Under the pieces are notes generated by a model. That model had not been told where the DNA came from. It saw nothing but the letters and a program-made list of their open reading frames with translations, and searched no databases. Positions 59,865-64,000 of a stretch of DNA of 64,000 nt are shown here, one piece after another. The stretch covers positions 12,958,001 to 13,022,000 of the forward strand of contig NC_091983.1 of NCBI RefSeq assembly GCF_044704955.1. The letters are read 5' to 3'. The position numbers and the translations under genes were made by a program. Source of the stretch: Pristiophorus japonicus (taxonomy: Eukaryota). How positions within the stretch are numbered: position 1 is the first letter of the stretch; the number at the start of each line of letters is the position of its first letter.

Positions 59865-62800
59865 GAAACATAGAAAATAGTTGCAGGAGTAGGCCCTTCG
59901 AGCCTGCACCACCATTCAATATGATCATGGCTGATGCACCTTAGTACCCCATTCCTGCTTTCTCTCCATACCCCTTGATCCCTTTAGCCGTAAGGGCCAC
60001 ATCTAAGCTCCCTTTTGAATATATCCAACGAACTGGCCTCAACAACTTTCTGTGGTAGAGAATTCCACAGTTCACAATTCTCTGAGTGAAGAAGTTTCTC
60101 CTGATCTCTGTTCTAAATGGCTTACCCCTTACTCTGAGACTATGACTCCTGGTTCTGGACTTCCCCAACATCAGGAACATTTTTCCCGCATCTAACCTGT
60201 CCAATCCCGTCAGAATTTTATATGTTTCTATGAGATCCCCTCTCATTCTTCGAAATTACAGTGAATATAAGCCTAGTCGATCCAGTCTTCAGAGTACTTA
60301 AGGAGCTAGCCTTGGAAATAGTGGATGCATTGACAGTCATTTTCCAACATTCCATAGACTCTGGATCAGTTCCTATGGAGTGGAGGGTAGCCAATGTAAC
60401 CCCACTTTTTAAAAAAGGAGGGAGAGAGAAAACGGAATTATAGACCGGTCAGCCTGACATCGGTAGTGGGTAAAATGATGGAATCAATTATTAAGGATGT
60501 CATAGCAGCGCATTTGGAAAGAGGTGACATGATAGGTCCAAGTCAGCATGGATTTGTGAAAGGGAAATCATGCTTGACAAATCTTCTGGAATTTTTTGAG
60601 GATGTTTCCAGTAGAGTGGACAAGGGAGAACCAGTTGATGTGTTGTATTTGGACTTTCAGAAGGCTTTCGACAAGAGATTAATGTGCAAAGTTAAAGCAC
60701 ATGGGATTGGGGGTAGTGTGCTGACGTGGATTGAGAACTGGTTGGCAGACAGGAAGCAAGGAGTAGGAGTAAATGGGTACTTTTCAGAATGGCAGGCAGT
60801 GACTAGTGGGGTACCGCAAGGTTCAGTGCTGGGGCCCCAGCTGTTTACACTACATTAATGATTTAGACGAGGGGATTAAATGTAGTATCTCCAAATTTGC
60901 AGATGACACTAAGTTGGGTGGCAGCGTGAGCTGCGAGGAGGATGCTATGAGGCTGCAGAGTGACTTGGATAGGTTAGGTGAGTGGGCAAATGCATGGCAG
61001 ATGAAGTATAATGTGGATAAATATGAGGTTATCCACTTTGGTGGTAAAAACAGACAGACAGACTATTATCTGAATGGTGACAGATTAGGAAAAGGGGAGG
61101 TGCAGCAAGACCTGGGTGTCATGGTACATCAGTCATTGAAGGTTGGCATGCAGGTACAGCAGGCGGTTAAGAAGGCAAATGGCATGTTGGCCTTCATAGC
61201 GAGGGGATTTGAGTACAGGGGCAGGGAGGTGTTACTACAGTTGTACAGGGTCTTGGTGAGGCCACACATGGAGTATTGTGTACAGTTTTGGTCTCCTAAC
61301 TTGAGGGAGTGCAGCGAAGGTTCACCAGACTGATTCCCGGGATGGCGGGACTGACATATCAAGAAAGACTGGATCAACAGGGCTTGTATTGACTGGAGTT
61401 CAGAAGAATGAGAGGGGATCTCATAGAAATGTTTAAAATTATGACGGGTTTAGACAGGTTAGATGCAGGAAGAATGTTCCCAATGTTGGGGAAGTCCAGA
61501 ACCAGGGGTCACAGTCTAAGGATAAGGGGTAAGCCATTTAGGACCGAGATGAGGAGAAACTTCTTCACCCAGAGAGTGGTGAACCTGTGGAATTCTCTAC
61601 CACAGAAAGTTGTTGAGGCCAATTCACTAAATATATTCAAAAAGGAGTTAGATGTAGCCCTTATTACTAGGGGGATCAAGGGGTATGGCGAGAAAGCAGG
61701 AATGGGGTACTGAAGTTGCATGTTCAGCCATGAACTCATTGAATGGTGGTGCAGGCTTGAAGGGCCGAATGGCATACTCCTGCACCTATTTTCTATGTTT
61801 ATGTTTCAGATGTCAGTCCTGCCATCCCGGGAATCAGTCTGGTGAGCCTTCGCTGCACTCCCTCAATAGCAAGAATGTCCTTCCTCAGATTAGGAGACCA
61901 AAACTGTACACAATATTCACGGTGTTGCCTCACCTGTACAACTGCAGTAAGACCTCCCTGCTTCTATACTCAAATCCTCTCGCTATGAAGGCCAACATGC
62001 CATTTGCTGTCTTCACCACCTGCTGTACCTGCATGCCAACTTTCAATGACTGATGTACCATGATACCCAGGTCTTGTTGTACCTCCCCTTTTCCTAATCT
62101 GTCACCAATCAGATAATATTCTGCCTTCCTGTTTTTGCCACCAAAGTGGATAACCTCACATTTATCTACATTATACTGCATCTGCCATGTATTTGCCCAT
62201 TCACCGAACCTGTCCAAATCATCCTGCAGCCTCTTAGCATCCTTCTCTCAGCTCACACTGCCACTCAGCTTAGTGTCATCTGCAAACTTGGAGATATTAC
62301 ATTCAATTCCTTCGTCTAAATCATTAATGTATATTGTAAATAGCTGGAGTCCCAGCACTGAACCTTGCGGCACCCCACTAGTCAGTGCCTGCCATTCTGA
62401 AAAGGACCCGTTTATTCCTACTCTTTGCTTCCTATCTGCCAACCAGTTCTCCATCCACATCAATACATTACCCCCAATACCATGTGCTTTAATTTTGCAC
62501 ACTAATCTCTTGTGTGGGACCTTATCAAAAGCCTTTTGAAAGTCCAAATACACCACATCCACTGGTTCTCCCTTGTCCACTCTACCAGTTACATCTTCAA
62601 AAGATTCTAGATTTGTCAAGCATGATTTCCCTTTCATAAATCCATGCTGACTTGGACCGATCCTGTCACTGCTTTCCAACATTTTTCCCACCACCAATGT
62701 CAGGCTAACCGGTCTATAATTCCCTGTTTTATCTCTCCCTCCTTTTTTAAAAAATGGAGTTACATTAGCTACCCTCCAATCCATAGGAACTGATCCAGAG

Positions 62801-63538
62801 TCTATAGAATGTTGGAAAATGATCACCAATGCATCCATTATTTCTAGGGCCACTTCCTTAAGTACTCTGGGATGCAGACTATCAGGCCCCGGGGATTTAT
62901 CGGCCTTCAGTTCCATCAATTTCCCTAACACAATTTCCTGACTAATAAGGATTTCCTTCAGTTCCTCCTTCTCGCTAGACCTTCGGTCCCCTAGTATTTC
63001 CGGAAGGTTATTTGTGCCTTCCTTAGTGAAGACAGAACCAAAGTATCTGTTCAATTGGTCTGCCATTTCTTTGTTCCCCATTATAAATTCACCTGATTCT
63101 GACTGCAAGGGACCTACGTTTGTCTTCACTAATCTTTTTCTCTTCACATATCTATAGAAGATTTTGCAGTCAGTTTTTATGTTCCCTGCAAGCTTATTTT
63201 CATATTCTATTTTCCCCCTCCTAATTAAACCCTTAGTCCTCCTCTGCTGAATTCTAAATTTCTCCCAGTCCTCAGGTTTGCTGCTTTTTCTGGCAAATTT
63301 ATATGCCTCTTCCTTGGATTTAACACTATCCCTAATTTCCCTTGTTAGCCACGGTTGAGCCACCTTCCACATTTTATTTTTACGCCAGACAGGGATGTAC
63401 AATTGTTGAAGTTCATCCATGTGATTTTTAAATGTCTGCCATTGCCTATCCACCGTCAACCCTTTAAGTATCATTCGCCAATCTATCCTAGCCAATTCAC
63501 GTCTCATACCATCAAAGTTACCTTTCTTTAAGTTCTGG
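59865..63538 (-). mobile_element. CR1 LINE (minus) split by a plus-strand CR1 at 60290-61810
   Basis: ORF 62248..63507 is CR1 RT. The 3' end lies at 59865-60289, and the sequence continues across the insertion. Confidence 0.9.
60290..61810 (+). mobile_element. 5'-truncated CR1 LINE nested antisense in another CR1
   Basis: RT motifs and tail TTTTCTATGTTTATGTTTC. Confidence 0.9.
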
Positions 63539-64000
63539 ATAAAGATGCTTACAACCTTATCCAGTAATCCAACTTAGAAGCAAGGTTGATCAAATCCTCC
63601 TGGTTTTTGACCCATGGAAACTGCTTCTGTCTCCGAGAAATCACTATAAAATGGTTGTTTGTATATCTTTTTGCTGCTGCAAAACAGCTTGCTAATTTTC
63701 CAGTTTCTGAGGTCAGGCCAGACAGCTATCATCTCTAACCATGGTATTGTCTGCTTACCTCTTTGAAAGTACAGCAAGTCTCTCAGAGCAGAGTGAAGCT
63801 ACAATAATATGCATATCTTTTGAACTTGGTCAAGCTTCCCAGCATGCCTTCTGATTTTGGTCAAAGTCTGCCTTTGTAAACACTTAACTAAATTCTGCTC
63901 TTTTACCGAGTAGTCAGCCTGTTTGCAAGGTGACCAAGATTGGGAACTAAATGTTCCAGGGATATTTGATGATGTTTTGAAAAGACAGGCTGAATGGTAA

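Noticed and set aside
63550-63800. Possible minus-strand exon(s), for example of EGLN1 expected by synteny
   Set aside because: Splice-like signals exist, but the peptides do not resemble EGLN1 or anything I recognise; insufficient support at the window edge.

Overview
Vertebrate genomic DNA, most likely from a cartilaginous fish (shark). This is inferred from the dense CR1 LINEs with (TTCTATGT)n tails, L2 and RTE LINEs, and SacSINE1-like SINEs. Host genes: intronless EXOC8 (-, 41616-43814) head-to-head with 5-exon SPRTN (+, 44411-56563) across a CCAAT-rich bidirectional promoter. The first 4-5 exons of an unidentified minus-strand gene (14091 down to ~1454) can be chained with consistent splice phases; its first intron holds a ~6-kb polypurine satellite with assembly gaps. 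The main discovery candidate is a decayed 12.2-kb endogenous retrovirus (26237-38483). It has two LTRs, a 5-bp TSD (GGTCC), a tRNA-Ser PBS and a PPT. Gag carries PTAP, YPPL and PPPY motifs and two zinc knuckles, and is in frame with pro across an amber stop. The env looks like a paramyxo/pneumovirus F-type class I fusion protein. Its start codon and the first part of its signal peptide sit in a 17-nt leader exon upstream of gag, a snakehead-retrovirus-like arrangement. The provirus was later hit by a solo LTR and CR1 LINEs and has lost its RT core and RNase H. All calls come from reading the sequence by eye; no database searches were run, and repeat boundaries without a TSD are approximate.
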